DNA of 64,000 nt, from assembly GCA_964016885.1 (NCBI GenBank), contig OZ024759.1, forward strand, positions 36,704,001 through 36,768,000, read 5' to 3'. This stretch comes from Eledone cirrhosa (Eukaryota). Below are positions 49,047 through 63,100 of the stretch, one piece after another. The position numbers were made by a program, and so were the translations under genes. The notes beneath the pieces were generated by a model, which was not told where the DNA came from, ran no database searches, and was given only the letters and a program-made list of their open reading frames with translations. Numbering within the stretch: position 1 is the stretch's first letter; each line of letters starts with the position of its first letter.

Positions 49047-49147
49047 GGCTGTGATCGAAATTCCACCAGTAAACATGCGTTGAAACATTATGAAAGTTCT
49101 CACTCCTGTCACTTTATTGTCATTAACACAACATCCTGGGCCACATG
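49047..49147 (+). CDS. USP16/USP45: USP16/45 exon (ZnF-UBP)
   Basis: GCDRNSTSKHALKHYESSHSCHFIVINTTSWAT(W)|gtaag. Confidence 0.94.
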
Positions 49148-49419
49148 GTAAGTTTCACTGGTTGTATATACATGTTCGGGAGCTAGGTAAGATTGTGGAT
49201 GTGTTGGGAGTTATATATACATGTTTGGGGTTAGGTAAGGTTATGGATGAGAAGGGAGTTATATATACATGTTTGGGGGCTCGGCAAAGTTGTGGATGAG
49301 TTGCAAGTTATATATACATTTGTGTGACACTGGCTCTATGATATAAAACCACCTATTTTAAAGAGTTCCTAAACAAGAACCATATGTTAAGTTACTATCT
49401 TAGTCTTCTTCTTTGCCTA

Positions 49420-49700
49420 CTTATTACAGGGAGGGTCGTAGAGGCAGAATCATCAAACACTTCTTCCAGTGGGTCCTGTTAGAAGCAGCAAGTCTCCAAC
49501 TTTTTCGACTGGATCCCCAAGACCATCTGAGCTGATGGATGTTATCCAATAATCTTGCTCTGGGTCTCTTGCCGGTTGGTTTTGTTTGTAAAAGCTGTAC
49601 AGCAATTCTTTCTTGAGACATTCTGACCACATGTTCATGATATCGGAGCTGTGATCTCTCAATTTGGAGAACTTGAAGCTCTACCTGGAGTGACTCCAGC
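49420..49700 (-). mobile_element. Decayed RTE-like LINE 3' fragment
   Basis: IERSQLRYHEHVVRMSQER...PTGKRPR. Confidence 0.6.
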
Positions 49701-50005
49701 AATTTTTTTCCTGGGACCAGAACTATCACTGTAAAAAGTGTACTGGGTGCATTTTATCATGGTTCCAACACTAACATATTACAGAGTGTAGTGGGTGCAT
49801 TTTATCAAAGCATCAACACTACCACTTTTTGAGTGTACTGGGTGCATTTTATCAAAGCATCATTACTACCACTTTACAGAGTGTATTGGGTGTATTTTAT
49901 CAATGCTGTGTTAAAAGAAAACCATCAATTCATAATTTTCTTCTGTTTTTTCAAAAATATTTATCTTGTTTCACTTTAATTTTTTAAACTGTTGCTATTT
50001 TACAG

Positions 50006-50109
50006 GTGTTACGAATGTGATGATGAGGTACCTGTAGAGAAAAACAAGAAAATCATGGAGTGTCTGGATTTTCTGAAGAAAGAAGCTGGGATTTCTAATT
50101 TGGATTCTG
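50006..50109 (+). CDS. USP16/USP45: USP16/45 exon (ZnF-UBP end)
   Basis: tacag|(W)CYECDDEVPVEKNKKIMECLDFLKK...; donor gtggga inferred from phase. Confidence 0.88.
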
Positions 50110-50557
50110 GTGGGACTTCACTTCTGTTTGTCATCTCATTTGATTTGTTTTTTTTCTTCAGCACCACCATCAATATCACTGTCATCACTATCATCACCAC
50201 CATCAATATCACTGTCATCATCATCATCATCACCTTCATCATCATCATCATCAACATCACTTTCACCACCACCACCTCCACCACCATCATCGTCACTATC
50301 ATCACCACCGCCATCATCATTGTTTTTATGCCTGCTTTTGCATGCTTGCTTGGTTAGTATAGCAATGGAAACATTGTTTCCTAGGTCCGATCTGAGGACT
50401 GGCTCCTTTCTTCTGCCAGGGGGTGCAACCGGAGACAGTATCAGCAATGGACAGACCAGTGGAAACATTGCCTCCTGGGTCCGATCTGACAATCTGTTTG
50501 TTTTGTTTTTTCTCTGTTTTTTTTTTCACACGTATCTTCTCTCTTCCGCCTCCACAG

Positions 50558-50658
50558 TTCAGAAAGACTCCTCCTCCCACTCCATCAATGACAGCAAGAG
50601 GAACAAGACTAAACCAGCTTCCAAGTTAACAAATAGTGCATTGAATGTACGAATCAAG
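50558..50658 (+). CDS. USP16/USP45: USP16/45 linker exon
   Basis: ccacag|(V)QKDSSSHS...LNVRIK|gtaacg; phases fit both neighbouring exons. Confidence 0.82.
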
Positions 50659-51177
50659 GTAACGCCTCACTGAACATGATTTTTCTTAAAAAATATTGCT
50701 TTTTTTACTGCTTTTTCCTCTTCTCGCTCTCCTCTTATCTATCTATTTCTTTTATATCTCATTCTATCTTTTGGATGAAGGACTAGCATCCGAAACGTTA
50801 AGATTCTTTACCTGCTCTCATCACCATCATTAAACTTCTGTATTCCCTGATAGCTAGGGTTGGACAGATCTATATACACCAAGTCAGTACTGGAGTGGAG
50901 GCTACAGCTAACAAGGGTTGGACAGGTCTACATAGACCAAGTTAGTACTGGAGTGGGGGATACTGACCTCCCAGACAGGCTGCAGGGTATGTATCCTGCT
51001 TATGTATGGTCGTATCAAATGCAGAGGAAAAGTTGTTTCTTTTGACACAAACAGAAGGGTCCACCTAATATTTTAAAGTCTTCCATATGTTAAAGTCTTC
51101 CATATGTTAATCTCTTCCATATGTTAAAGTCTTCCATATATTAACTGTTTCACTCTCCTGTGTTTTGTTTATTGTAG

Positions 51178-51225
51178 GGTATTAGTAACCTTGGCAACAC
51201 ATGTTTTTTGAATGCTGTGCTACAG
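51178..51225 (+). CDS. USP16/USP45: USP16/45 exon (catalytic Cys box)
   Basis: tgtag|GISNLGNTCFLNAVLQ|gtcagt, the USP GLxNLGNTCFxN motif. Confidence 0.96.
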
Positions 51226-51564
51226 GTCAGTAGTGATTAATGAAGGAGAAAGTGTGAGTGTATGTGTATGTGGATATACGTGGGCATGTGAGAATGTGCG
51301 TGTGAGAGAGAAAATGCTAGTGTGTGACTGAGAGAGGTTAGTGTGAAAGAATGATAGTGTGTGCGTGTGAGAGAGAGAGAGAGAGAGATAGTGACTGTGT
51401 GAGATAGAGAGAGACTGTGTGTGAGGGAGATAGGGACTGTGTGAGAGAGATATGGACTGTGTGTGAGAGAAGGAATGATGTGAATGTGTGTGTGACCCTT
51501 TCAAAAAATGTCCCTGGCTTGTCATGACCTTATTTTAACTCCTTATTTCTCTGCTGACTTTCAG

Positions 51565-51726
51565 AACTTGAGTCAAACTCACGGCCTTGAAACTATATTA
51601 AAAGATGTGAATAAGAAGAACGCTCTGCGACTCCCTGGTTGGCAACCGGTGGAGACGGACAGTTGCTCGGATATTTCTGACGACAATTCTGATGACGAAA
51701 ACTTCAAAGACAATACACAGCGTATA
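51565..51726 (+). CDS. USP16/USP45: USP16/45 exon
   Basis: ttcag|NLSQTHGLETILKD...NTQRI|gtacgt; NLSQT follows the Cys box in USP16/45; 3' end less certain. Confidence 0.85.
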
Positions 51727-51860
51727 GTACGTGACCTTTATCTTTATTATTATCGAATAGGCTATGTAGCTGGTAAACCCTAAAGGGACGCAACACACAT
51801 CGCTATAGTGTTTCACCAGCCCCTTCCTTCTGTTGTCTGTATCTTTTTATGTATTTACGT

Positions 51861-53072
51861 GTAGATGTGTGTGTATTTAACTCAGTAGATGTGTGTGTGT
51901 GTATTTAACTCAGTAGATGTGTGTGTATTTAACTCAGTAGATGTGTGTGTGTGTATGTAACTCAGTAGATGTGTGTGTGTGTATGTAACTCAGTAGATGT
52001 GTGTGTGTGTATGTAACTCAGTAGATGTGTGTGTGTGTATTTAACTCAGTAGATGTGTGTGTGTGTATTTAACTCAGTAGATGTGTGTGTATTTAACTCA
52101 GTAGATGTGTGTGTGTATGTAACTCAGTAGATGTGTGTGTGTGTATTTAACTCAGTAGATGTGTGTGTGTGTATGTAACTCAGTAGATGTGTGTGTGTGT
52201 ATGTAACTCAGTAGATGTGTGTGTGTGTATTTAACTCAGTAGATGTGTGTGTGTGTATGTAACTCAGTAGATGTGTGTGTGTGTATGTAACTCAGTAGAT
52301 GTGTGTGTGTGTATTTAACTCAGTAGATGTGTGTGTGTGTATGTAACTCAGTAGATGTGTGTGTGTGTATTTAACTCAGTAGATGTGTGTGTGTGTATGT
52401 AACTCAGTAGATGTGTGTGTGTGTATGTAACTCAGTAGATGTGTGTGTGTGTATTTAACTCAGTAGATGTGTGTGTGTGTATTTAACTCAGTAGATGTGT
52501 GTGTGTGTATGTAACTCAGTAGATGTGTGTGTGTGTATTTAACTCAGTAGATGTGTGTGTGTATTTAACTCAGTACATGTGTGTGTGTGTATGTAACTCA
52601 GTAGATGTGTGTGTGTGTATTTAACTCAGTAGATGTGTGTGTGTGTATGTAACTCAGTAGATGTGTGTGTGTGTATTTAACTCAGTAGATGTGTGTGTGT
52701 GTATTTAACTCAGTAGATGTGTGTGTGTGTATGTAACTCAGTAGATGTGTGTGTGTGTATGTAACTCAGTAGATGTGTGTGTGTGTATTTAACTCAGTAG
52801 ATGTGTGTGTGTGTATTTAACTCAGTAGATGTGTGTGTGTGTATGTAACTCAGTAGATGTGTGTGTGTGTATGTAACTCAGTAGATGTGTGTGTGTGTAT
52901 TTAACTCAGTAGATGTGTGTGTGTGTGTATTTAACTCAGTAGATGTGTGTGTGTGTATGTAACTCAGTAGATGTGTGTGTGTGTATTTAACTCAGTAGAT
53001 GTGTGTGTGTGTATGTAACTCAGTAGATGTGTGTGTGTGTATTTAACTCAGTAGATGTGTGTGTATTTAACT
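51861..53072. repeat. Minisatellite, units about 28 bp
   Basis: Unit AACTCAGTAGA(TG)nTAT(T/G)T. Confidence 0.95.
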
Positions 53073-53299
53073 AAAGCATAACGTACATTACGAATGGACA
53101 ACTAAATGATTTTAACTTGTTTTTTAACAATTGATGGTAGGTCGCAACTCATGGTGTCTGACACTCTTACCGGCTACATAGCCTCTTCCTATTATTATCA
53201 TCTAACATTTACAGTGGAGGTGCTTGGCCTAGTGGTTAGGGTGATCATAAAGTTGTAGCTCCGAGAATGTGCAAGGTGTTTTATTTTACATTGCTTTTC

Positions 53300-53690
53300 T
53301 TGATAGGGTCTGCGTCCCCTATCCTATGGGATATGCAACCTCGTGGGAGACAACATAAACCTACATATATGTGAGCTCTCAACAATGTGGTAGGACTGGG
53401 GCCCCGATCATTAAAACACCCATGAAACCTCTATGAGATACAACTTCCTAGGAGGCCAGCTAAGCCTACATAGGTGTGAGCTGTTACAACATGATAAGAC
53501 TGGGGTCCCTATCATTAAAACACCTAAAAAAAACCTCATATGATGTACAACCTTGTCGGAGGCCAGCTAAACCTACATAGGTGGGAGCTGTAACAACACC
53601 ATGATAGAATGAGAGCCTCTATCTTTAAAATACTCACGAAACCTGAGATACAGCCTTGAATGAGACTAGCTTAAACCTGCACAGATGTAA
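53300..53690. repeat. Degenerate tandem repeat (about 105-110 bp), also dispersed
   Basis: GGCCAGCTAAACCTACATAGGTG.GAGCTG...CCTATCATTAAAACAC recurs; further copies near 22985 and 59870. Confidence 0.6.
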
Positions 53691-55843
53691 ATTAATTTTT
53701 TTTTTGTTTTTTTTTTCAATTCCAATATTTACAGTGTTTACTTTAAACACAATTATTTAAAAATGTCTTTAAAAATGTTTCCTTACAGAAAATCTTTCCA
53801 TCTCGGTCTGTGTATTGTGTTTGGCAGTGAAATAGTTCCTTGGTGTCAGTGTTTCGTTTTAGCAGGAGGAGAAAGAAATGAAAGCCAGTGGTTGGAGTGG
53901 GGTGGGGTTTATATAGATAGAAATAATAAGGTTTGATGGAAAAGCATGCCATGGGGGCCTGCAACACTGACCCTTAGACTTAAAATGATTGTTGTTATTA
54001 TTATTATTATTATTCAATATTCATATTCTTAATATTTCAGCATTTTGGGGGTATTTTATGTCACCTCCCCCCCCTCCAAAACCTGTTCTCTCTCCAGAAA
54101 CTGAAGAAATCTTATCAACAAAAGTCAAGATAATACCATGTGTCTTGATTAAATAACTTGATTAATAATTACTGACACGGAAGAGTCTCTTTAGTCATTC
54201 GAAAACCTCTTAACTTTACTGTATGTCTACCATTTCCCCCTCCTCCTTCTTCTCCCACTCATTCCTGGTAGGGTGGCGAAGGGTAGAGTCCTCAAGTAGA
54301 CCTTCCAGTGGGTCCTGTCTCAAGTAAACATCTCACTTGATCGTTTATTTCTTGGTCTCAACATTTTTGGTTACTGCAACACAATTCCACTGCAAGTTTA
54401 GCAGCAGAAACTTTTCATTACACTGCTTGCGACCTGGTCACTGCAACACAGTTCCACTGCAAATATAGTTGTGGAAATCTTTCATCACACTGCTTGTGAC
54501 CTTGTCACTACAACACAGTTCCACTGCAACCATAACAATGGAAATTTTGTCACCAAGAAATAAATGATAAATGTGAAGTGAGTTTAATAGTTTTTGTGTG
54601 TTTTTAAATGGTTAAAATGACTCTTCCATGCGATGTTTTAGTTTCAACACATGGTCTCAGAACAAGTCCAAAGCTGGACAAGTACAACTCTGAAATATAA
54701 CTTAATTATTGTATTGATATTTTTGTTTTTCTTTAAAACAGGCAAGCATCAGCGAGTAAATATAAAGTGCTGGCGAGCTGCATTTGCAGCCCAGTATCAG
54801 CTCCTGGTTTGGGCGATTTCACTTCACTTCATTCATATAGTTAGTGTTGTTGAATAAGGCATGAATTAATGAATGAATACCATGTATTTTCGTTCCACTT
54901 CACTGAACAAATTTCAAGAGTCCTTGTTCATTTAATAATCACCATCATCATGTTGTGTCCACTTTCCACGCTGGCATGGGTTGGACAGGTTGTCACAGTC
55001 TGAGAGTTGACATAGTTAGAGGACCACATGTTATCATCACCATGCCACGTCTGTTTTCCAAGCTGGCATGGGTTGGTCAGGTTGTCATAGTCTGTGACTA
55101 GACAGGCAGATCAGACGACTGTGTATTGCTCACATGTTCTGTTAGGGCTTGGTGTCAACAGCTGGATGCCTTTCCTAACATCAACCATTTCCCAGCAACT
55201 ACCAGGTGCATTTTGTTGTGGCACCAGCGCCAGTACTAACATGTGACAGTGTGGACTGGGTCCTTTTTTATTGTAGCACCAGTGCAGCAACTTTACAGTG
55301 TGGGCTGGATCTTTGTATCGTAGCACCAGCACTACCACTTTACAGTGTGGGTTGGGTGCTGAGTGCATTTTTTTGTGGAATGAGTTCTACCATAATTCAA
55401 CACTAGTGCACTTGTATCCTTGGTCCTTAGCAAGACTGGAATGACAGTGATAAGGACTGTGAACAGGGATGAGAGAGGGGTTTAGGCCCTGTTACTAGCC
55501 AATAAAAAGAGGAGTGACTTAACCTCAGGGCAATATGATGCTATTGTTAGGTGTGCCTGGCATTCTATGTTGGCATGGGTGGCCAAAGAAGTGGAGGGGA
55601 AGTGGTAGTGTCAAGTCATAGGGTGGTGTTGGAAAGAGAGAGAGTAAACTTTAATAAACCTCTCAACATATTCTATGTAAGAACCTTTGTTATGTTATGT
55701 TCCAAGCACGAGATGAATAATGAAAAAGTTAGTTATATAACTATTTTCTTTCAGATACTTGAATATTTCCAAAATTATTTTAAAGTCATAGGTGGTGTCT
55801 TTCATTAGAAATCATCATTTAATGTCCATTTTCCCTGGTAACA

Positions 55844-56341
55844 TCTAGTATATATATAAAAGCGAGGATGTGTGTGTGTCTGTGGACAACTTTGGACAGC
55901 TAAGGCTTTTACAATTCCCAACTGAAATTTTCTGTGCACGTTGCACCTGTCGCTAAGATGGTCACATCACAAAAATTTTCCAAATCGACCCACGTTGAGC
56001 AATAAAAAATCGATAGCAAAATTATTTTTTCTAAAGTGCATGATTTAAGGTACAAATCAATCAAAACAAAATCCTTATGGGACTTTCCATTCAAACTGTT
56101 GGGACCTACAACTTTTCAGCTGTAGCTTGCACATTCTTTTGTCAATCGCAACAAAATTGTAGGTGTTTATTCTCTGCACTACAAGGCTCTTAAGTGAGCA
56201 TCGATTTTCTTCTAATCACATGCCTGTGTCAGCAAACCCATAAAAACTAAATCGTTATGGGATTTTCCATTCAATTTACTTCCTAGCTGTATATTCTTAG
56301 CATAATTTCAAACCCCGGGCAACGCCGGGTAAATCTGCTAG
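55844..56341 (+). mobile_element. Non-autonomous Helitron
   Basis: A|TC 5' end, subterminal hairpin CCCGGGCAACGCCGGG, 3' CTAG|T, no TSD. Confidence 0.75.
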
Positions 56342-57727
56342 TATAATAATGATAATGAAAATTATTGTGTACAGTGCTCAGGTGCACTACAACTCATCAA
56401 AGGTGCATGAATAGTACATAGAATAATGTACAAATGTCAGGAAAGTGAACAGTGTACGAGTTATGATATACACACAGACACACACACATGCGTGCGTGTT
56501 TTTGGAGGGGGAATATCAGGTGTAGTGTTGGCAAATTTCAAGAAGCATGGAAGTTTATGGTAATGAAAGGTCTAAAGCTGCTCCAACCGTGACTATCCTA
56601 CTCTGTTCTGGTGTATTGTGTGAAGGAATGCATTATTATCCATTGTGACCTTCCTTATGGTTTTTGTGCATTTATTTGAAAGTGATTTCAGCTGCTATTT
56701 CTAGCAGGTGGAGTGACCATGTCGAGGCCTCCGTGTTGTTAACTTTGGTGATGTAATGCTTCGGGCTAAGAGAGGAAGAAGCAGTTAAGTTTACCTGTGG
56801 ATGCCACCACCTGTCCTAATTACTACCAACTAAAGCTGATGGATTACAGAGATCAAAGCAGCTCTCACCTGTAATATCTCTTTATTGGATTATCTCCCCC
56901 TGTCAATTATTCCTGGTCACTCCCCACTCTCCCCGATCTAATTAAGAATTGGTCTGGTGGTTGTGGTGTTGATGTTGGGAGGAAACTGAAATGTGATGTA
57001 AACATAGGTTTGTTACATAACCTATGTAATAGCAGCCAAATCCTTCTCTAACACTCTTGCTTGGTCCCGTAACACTTAGGGGAGTCGCAGGGACACCGGA
57101 TGCCATATGGCGTTTCTAGAGTATTTTTACAACTGGCAGAGTGCATCTCCTCTCCAGGTCTGAATACAGCAGATACTCGGTTTCATGTTGTTCTCTCAGG
57201 AGTTGCGACCAGTAGATAGTGTCAGAAATGGAAAGACCAATGGAAACATTGTTTCCTTGGTCCAATTTGACAAGTTCTCCCACTCGGTAAGTGAATGAGG
57301 TCTGCGATGTTGTCGATCAATTTATAAACTACTACTACTGCTACTGCTACTCCCTCCTGTCTTTTTCTTTTAAAGGGCGTTGTTGTTGTTATTTGTTGTT
57401 GTTGCTGTTGTTGTTGTTGTTGTCGTCACTGACCGTGAAGTTTTAAATTACATACAGGCTAGAATCGGCTCCCTTGTTTGGCGAATTTTTACAAAAGACC
57501 GACGGAGTTTCAGAGCAGAAATTACATCAGGGACCCCTGCAAACAACCCCAAAAACCAGGTCAGGTGGGGTCAGCTCTTCATTGCCCCTTCTATCTATCT
57601 CTCTCTCTACTAAACTTAGCTTCTACAATATTTCGTCCTTTATTTCGTTTTTCTCCTTTGTTGTTGTTGTTGTTACTGTAACAGTCCCTCTACTTCCCTT
57701 TTCCTTTCCTCTTCCCCCTCTTCTTAA

Positions 57728-57762
<35 letters not shown>

Positions 57763-57789
57763 ATCCACTTTTCCAAACTAGCTGCAAAA

Positions 57790-58080
57790 AAGCACATGGC
57801 TTAGTGGTTAGGGTGTTTGGTTTATGATCGTAAGCTCGTGAATTTGATTCCTGGTGGCACGGTGTGTCCTTGAGCAAGACACTTTATTTCACGTTGCCAC
57901 AGTGCACTCAGCTGCGGAAAAATGAGTTGCACCTGTAATTCCAAAAGCCGGCCTTGTCACACACTGTGTCATACTAAATCTCCCTGAGAACCTAAGGGTA
58001 TATGTGTCTGTGGAATGCTCAGCCACTTGCATGTTAATTTAGTGAGCTAGAAGTTTTGTTAATTGAATCAATCGGAACCA
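57790..58080 (+). mobile_element. tRNA-derived CORE-like SINE, near full length
   Basis: A-box TGGCTTAGTGGTTAGG, B-box-like TTTGATTCC, then GTCCTTGAGCAAGACACTTTATTTCAC. Confidence 0.72.
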
Positions 58081-59386
58081 ATGAAGGTCCAACACTGGTA
58101 TGAGTTGGTCAAGGCTTTTGGAGGGACCCTTTCTATGGCCGGGTGGCTTTCCTGATGCTGACCAATACCTTATGTGAAGGATGTGGCCTTGTGGTTAGGG
58201 TGTTGGGCTAACAATCATAATTCCATGGATTCTATTCCTTCATTTCACATTGTTCCAGTACAGTCAGCTAAAAATGAGTGTCTCACCAGGAGCAGCAGCT
58301 GGGAGTTAACCCTGCAATAGACTAGGGCCCTGTTTGAGAGAGGGGTGGTGGTGGCATCATGTACTCTCAGTTACTTAACACTAACGAAACTGGGATAAGC
58401 TCCAGCCTATTGGGCCTCCTCAGGGTTTGGGTTAAAACCTTAACCCTGCGATCAACTGATGTCCAGTCAGAGGTCTGTGGTGTCTTGTACTCTCACTTAG
58501 CGCTAATAAAACCGGAATGAGCCCTGACCTGATAAACCTCTGGGCTTGGGACACACTTTAACTGTTGACCCGTTAACCTTTTTTTTGTTTTTGTTTTGTT
58601 TTTTCCTTGAACTGCTAAGTTGTGGGATGCAGAACATAAAAAAAATGTCACTGTTTGCTTCCCTGTTTGAAGTGATCACATGCCATTGTCTTCACCTGAT
58701 TAAGGTACTTAGAACCCCTTGGATTTCCGGTGCCCTTGTAGCTGTCTCGGTGTGACAGGGAGTGGTAACCATTCTTATTAATTTCGTTCTTTTCCTTTGG
58801 TTTGCTAAAGTCTCTCCTCTGGTTTCTAGCTCACATTATTAACCTTTTTGGTACCAACTCAACCAAAACCATCTTTGCTTCTATGAAACATAACAATCCA
58901 TTTTAAAGGGTTCTTATTTAAATAAAATCTTTCGACATAATTTTATATACAATCTATATCTATCTTAGTAATGAAATAATTTATAATTTTAGTAAATCCA
59001 TCAAAATCTTTCAACCTAATTTTATATAAGAACAATACGTGAAGTTACTATCTTAGTAATGAAATAACAAATTTAATAAATCCCTCAAAATTCTTTGTTA
59101 ATTAATTAAAATACAGTGCCCTCTGTAAATTAAAATCTTTCAACCATTTTACATAAGAGTTATTATTTTAATGAAATAATGTATAACTTCAGTAATTCCC
59201 TAAAAATTCATAATTAATTAATTAATAATGTTAATTGAAATAAATTGTATTTCATTAGAAATATGGTTATGAAAGGGTTAACATTTCTCTTTATGTCTTT
59301 CTATTCTTCCCATTCTTTTGTTGAACCTAAAGATATTTCCCTTTAATCTGGTTGACTTCCATTTCTGCAAGGTTAACATTGTTATA

Positions 59387-59701
59387 CAGTGGAATCTTGG
59401 TTCACAAACTTAATTCATTCCTGAAAGTTTGTCATCCCAAAAGTTCACAAACCAAAACTATTTCACCCCCGTATGAAATATTGAGAGAGAAATACAGTGA
59501 GAAGGAGAGAGGGACTGTGTGTGAAGAACAGATATATATCACCATAGTAACTAACTACACAACAAGTAACACTTACACGTCAATACTTCCAGCTTGTCGC
59601 CAACTGTTGTTGCTGGCTTGTGTGTTTGTTACTCGAGACACAGTTCATCAACTGAGATGTTTTAAGTTCAGAAAAGTTGTTTGTGAACCAGGGTTCCACT
59701 G
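59387..59701. mobile_element. Tigger-like MITE
   Basis: TA|CAGTGGAATCTTGGTTCACAAAC...GTTTGTGAACCAGGGTTCCACTG|TA. Confidence 0.8.
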
Positions 59702-60291
59702 TATTTTATTTGCAAAGTTTTTATTAGTTGTTTTTAAAGTGTTTTAATAATGAAGCCCAAGTGGTTGTTAATCTGTTTTCATTTATTTCAAAAATTAATT
59801 TTTCTGATAACAGTTATATTTCTTCTCAGTTATTCCCATTCATATAAACTAGAAAAATGGCTTTTCATGATAGGACTTTGTGGGGGACTCTACCATTAAA
59901 ACACAAGGGAAACCTTATTGAAGGCCAGCTAAACCTGAGAAGGTGTGAGCTGTAAGCAATATAGGTCTGGAGCCTCTATCATTAAAACACCTCTGAATCC
60001 TCTTGTAGGGCATTTTATTGTGGTACCAGCACTACCACTTTACAGAGTGTACTAGGTGTATTATCTTTTGAAGTTCTTGATAATCCTAACGACATCATTG
60101 GCTCGTTAAGTCTTAATTTATTCACAATTTCTTTCACCTCCCCTTCCTCCATCCTTTCCTTCACTCCTTCCTGTCTTTATTTGTCATTTTTTTAACCCCT
60201 TCCCAAACTCAGAGTAGATCCTTGTGTTGACTTTCTGTTCTCCGTTTGAGCACTAGGTACTCATTCTTCCTTCAACTCCTCTCCCCCCTAG

Positions 60292-60309
60292 GAATTCCGC
60301 TCTGAACTG
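60292..60309 (+). CDS. Candidate 18-nt microexon (EFRSEL) of USP16/45
   Basis: Long pyrimidine tract, ccccctag|GAATTCCGCTCTGAACTG|gtaagt; phase 0/0, frame-preserving. Confidence 0.55.
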
Positions 60310-60339
60310 GTAAGTCTGTTTTTGTTTTTTGTTTTTTTA

Positions 60340-61064
<725 letters not shown>

Positions 61065-62479
61065 CCAGTCATCCCTCTAACAGCCATCTGAATCCATTGA
61101 GAAGGAGTTGGTGAAACCACACACACACACACACAGAGTTGGTTAGTTCTGTGGTTTATAACCTTGTCTACCTTTTTTCATCCATTTTTGGGTGAATGCA
61201 GACTATTAAATAATTTCAATATAATCTTTTAGTATGTTGCAGTTTCGTCATGGAGGACATGTTAGATATTTTATAACAAATAATACAAAAACTGTTATAT
61301 TTACTGAGAGAGGGAGAAGGACAAAGACAAACAGAGAGAAAGGGAGACAGAGAAAAAAAGAGAATATATATATAGATAGATAGATAGATATATATTCATA
61401 TATACTTTATTTATATGATGTTGTCCAAGCGAAAGGCAAAGACCAATGCAGTTTGCCACAAATGTCATTGAAACTCATATATACTCTTTATATAAGTATA
61501 TACACTATGTATATATATATACACACTGTATATGATGTAGTTGAAGGGTAAGACTAAGACTTATACAGCTTGGCACTAGTGACTTCGCAACTCATATATA
61601 CACTATATATATGAAAGAAATGGTAAAGGTTGATATATTTTGACAACAGTGTCATTGCAAATGATACTTACACTATATATATATATATATAAATATATAT
61701 ATAGTTTTTTCTTTCCCCAATAACTTCCTAGTTATTGACACACTGTGGATAGACGTATTGTCATTGATGCACTGAAAGGTCTGAGACCCACAGCAGACAA
61801 CTGAAGAGGGTATCTGTCCTTTGTGTTCTCCTTATATTTCTAAACACTCGTTTTTTGTAACCACACAGCACCTTGTCCCTTCTAAATTTTTATATATATA
61901 CAGACACACTATATATGATGTTGTCTAAGGGAAAGGCGAAGACAGATACAGCTTGACAACTCAATGTGTTAGATTCAGAATTGTGAGGTTGTGAGTTTGA
62001 TTCCATAGCTGGGCAAAATGTTATGCCCTTTAGTAGGACACTTTACTCTACATTGAGTTCACTCAGCTGTAGACATAAGTTGCGATGCCACTGGTGCCAA
62101 GCTGTATCAGCCTTAGTCTTACTCTTGAACAACTTTGGTGGCATGGGGAGGAGAGACTGGTTTGCATGGTTGACAGCAGGTCTTCCACAAACAAATTTGC
62201 CTGGGCTTGTGTATCGAAGGGGAACATTGTAGGTGCAAATACCATGGTCATTCGAAACAAGGGGGTCTTTTTCCTTTGTCTGTGTGCATATATGTGTGTG
62301 TGTGTGTGCATGCATATGTGTCTCTGTGTGTGTGTGTGTAGATGTGTGTATAGGAGCACCTGTATTTTCCAAAGATAGATGGCACCTGTAGTATCAATAG
62401 TGTGAAACAAAGTTATAGTTCTTCATCAGATTTTGTTTACAGGTTCACACATCATAGATGGAACAACAATAACTATAAG

Positions 62480-63100
62480 TATTTCTAATTCAAGCAAAAG
62501 GCCAGCAATTTTGGTGGAGGAGGAAAAAGTAGATGAAATCTATCACCAGTGTATTACTGGTACTTTATTTTAACGACACACAGAAGGATAAAATACAAAG
62601 TTGACTGGTGAGATTTGAAGGTAAAGAACCAAAAGAAAACTGCAAGTTATTTGCCTGATGCTCTGAGGACTCGGCCAATCCACCGTCTTCACAACAACAG
62701 CAATAATAATAATAATAATAATGGTCTTTAATTGAGGCACAGGGCCACCAATTTGTGAGAAAAGGAAAGTCGATTATATCAACCCCAGTATATTACTGGT
62801 GTTTTATTTTATCGGCCCCATAAGAATGAAAATCAAAGCTATAAACCTTGGCAGGATTTGAAATCAAATCATAAAGGGTTGTAACTCTATGCCATAAAGC
62901 ATGTTGTCTGACGTTTTACTGATCCTGCTAATGGCCAGCAATTTGAAGGGAAGGAGAATTGATTAAATCAACTCCAGTTTGTTACTGGTGCTTTATTTTA
63001 TCGACCACCTGTAAGGATGAAAATGTAAAACTAACCTCAGCGGGATTTGAAGTCAGACTATAAAGGGCCATAACACTATGTTACTAATCATGTTGTCCGA
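62480..63100 (-). mobile_element. Three tandem Deu/Nin-like SINE copies
   Basis: Three consecutive units with TTACTGGT.CTTTATTTTATCG-like and GGATTTGAA-like motifs. Confidence 0.65.

Noticed and set aside
54742-54850. Possible USP exon after tttaaaacag
   Set aside because: The phase-0 reading stops after five codons (ASISE*), other frames show no USP homology, and there is no clear donor or poly(A) signal; cannot be supported without RNA data
57790-57860. tRNA-like sequences with A and B boxes (also near 27380-27450 and 30430-30506)
   Set aside because: No complete cloverleaf and they continue into SINE bodies, so they are SINE heads rather than tRNA genes
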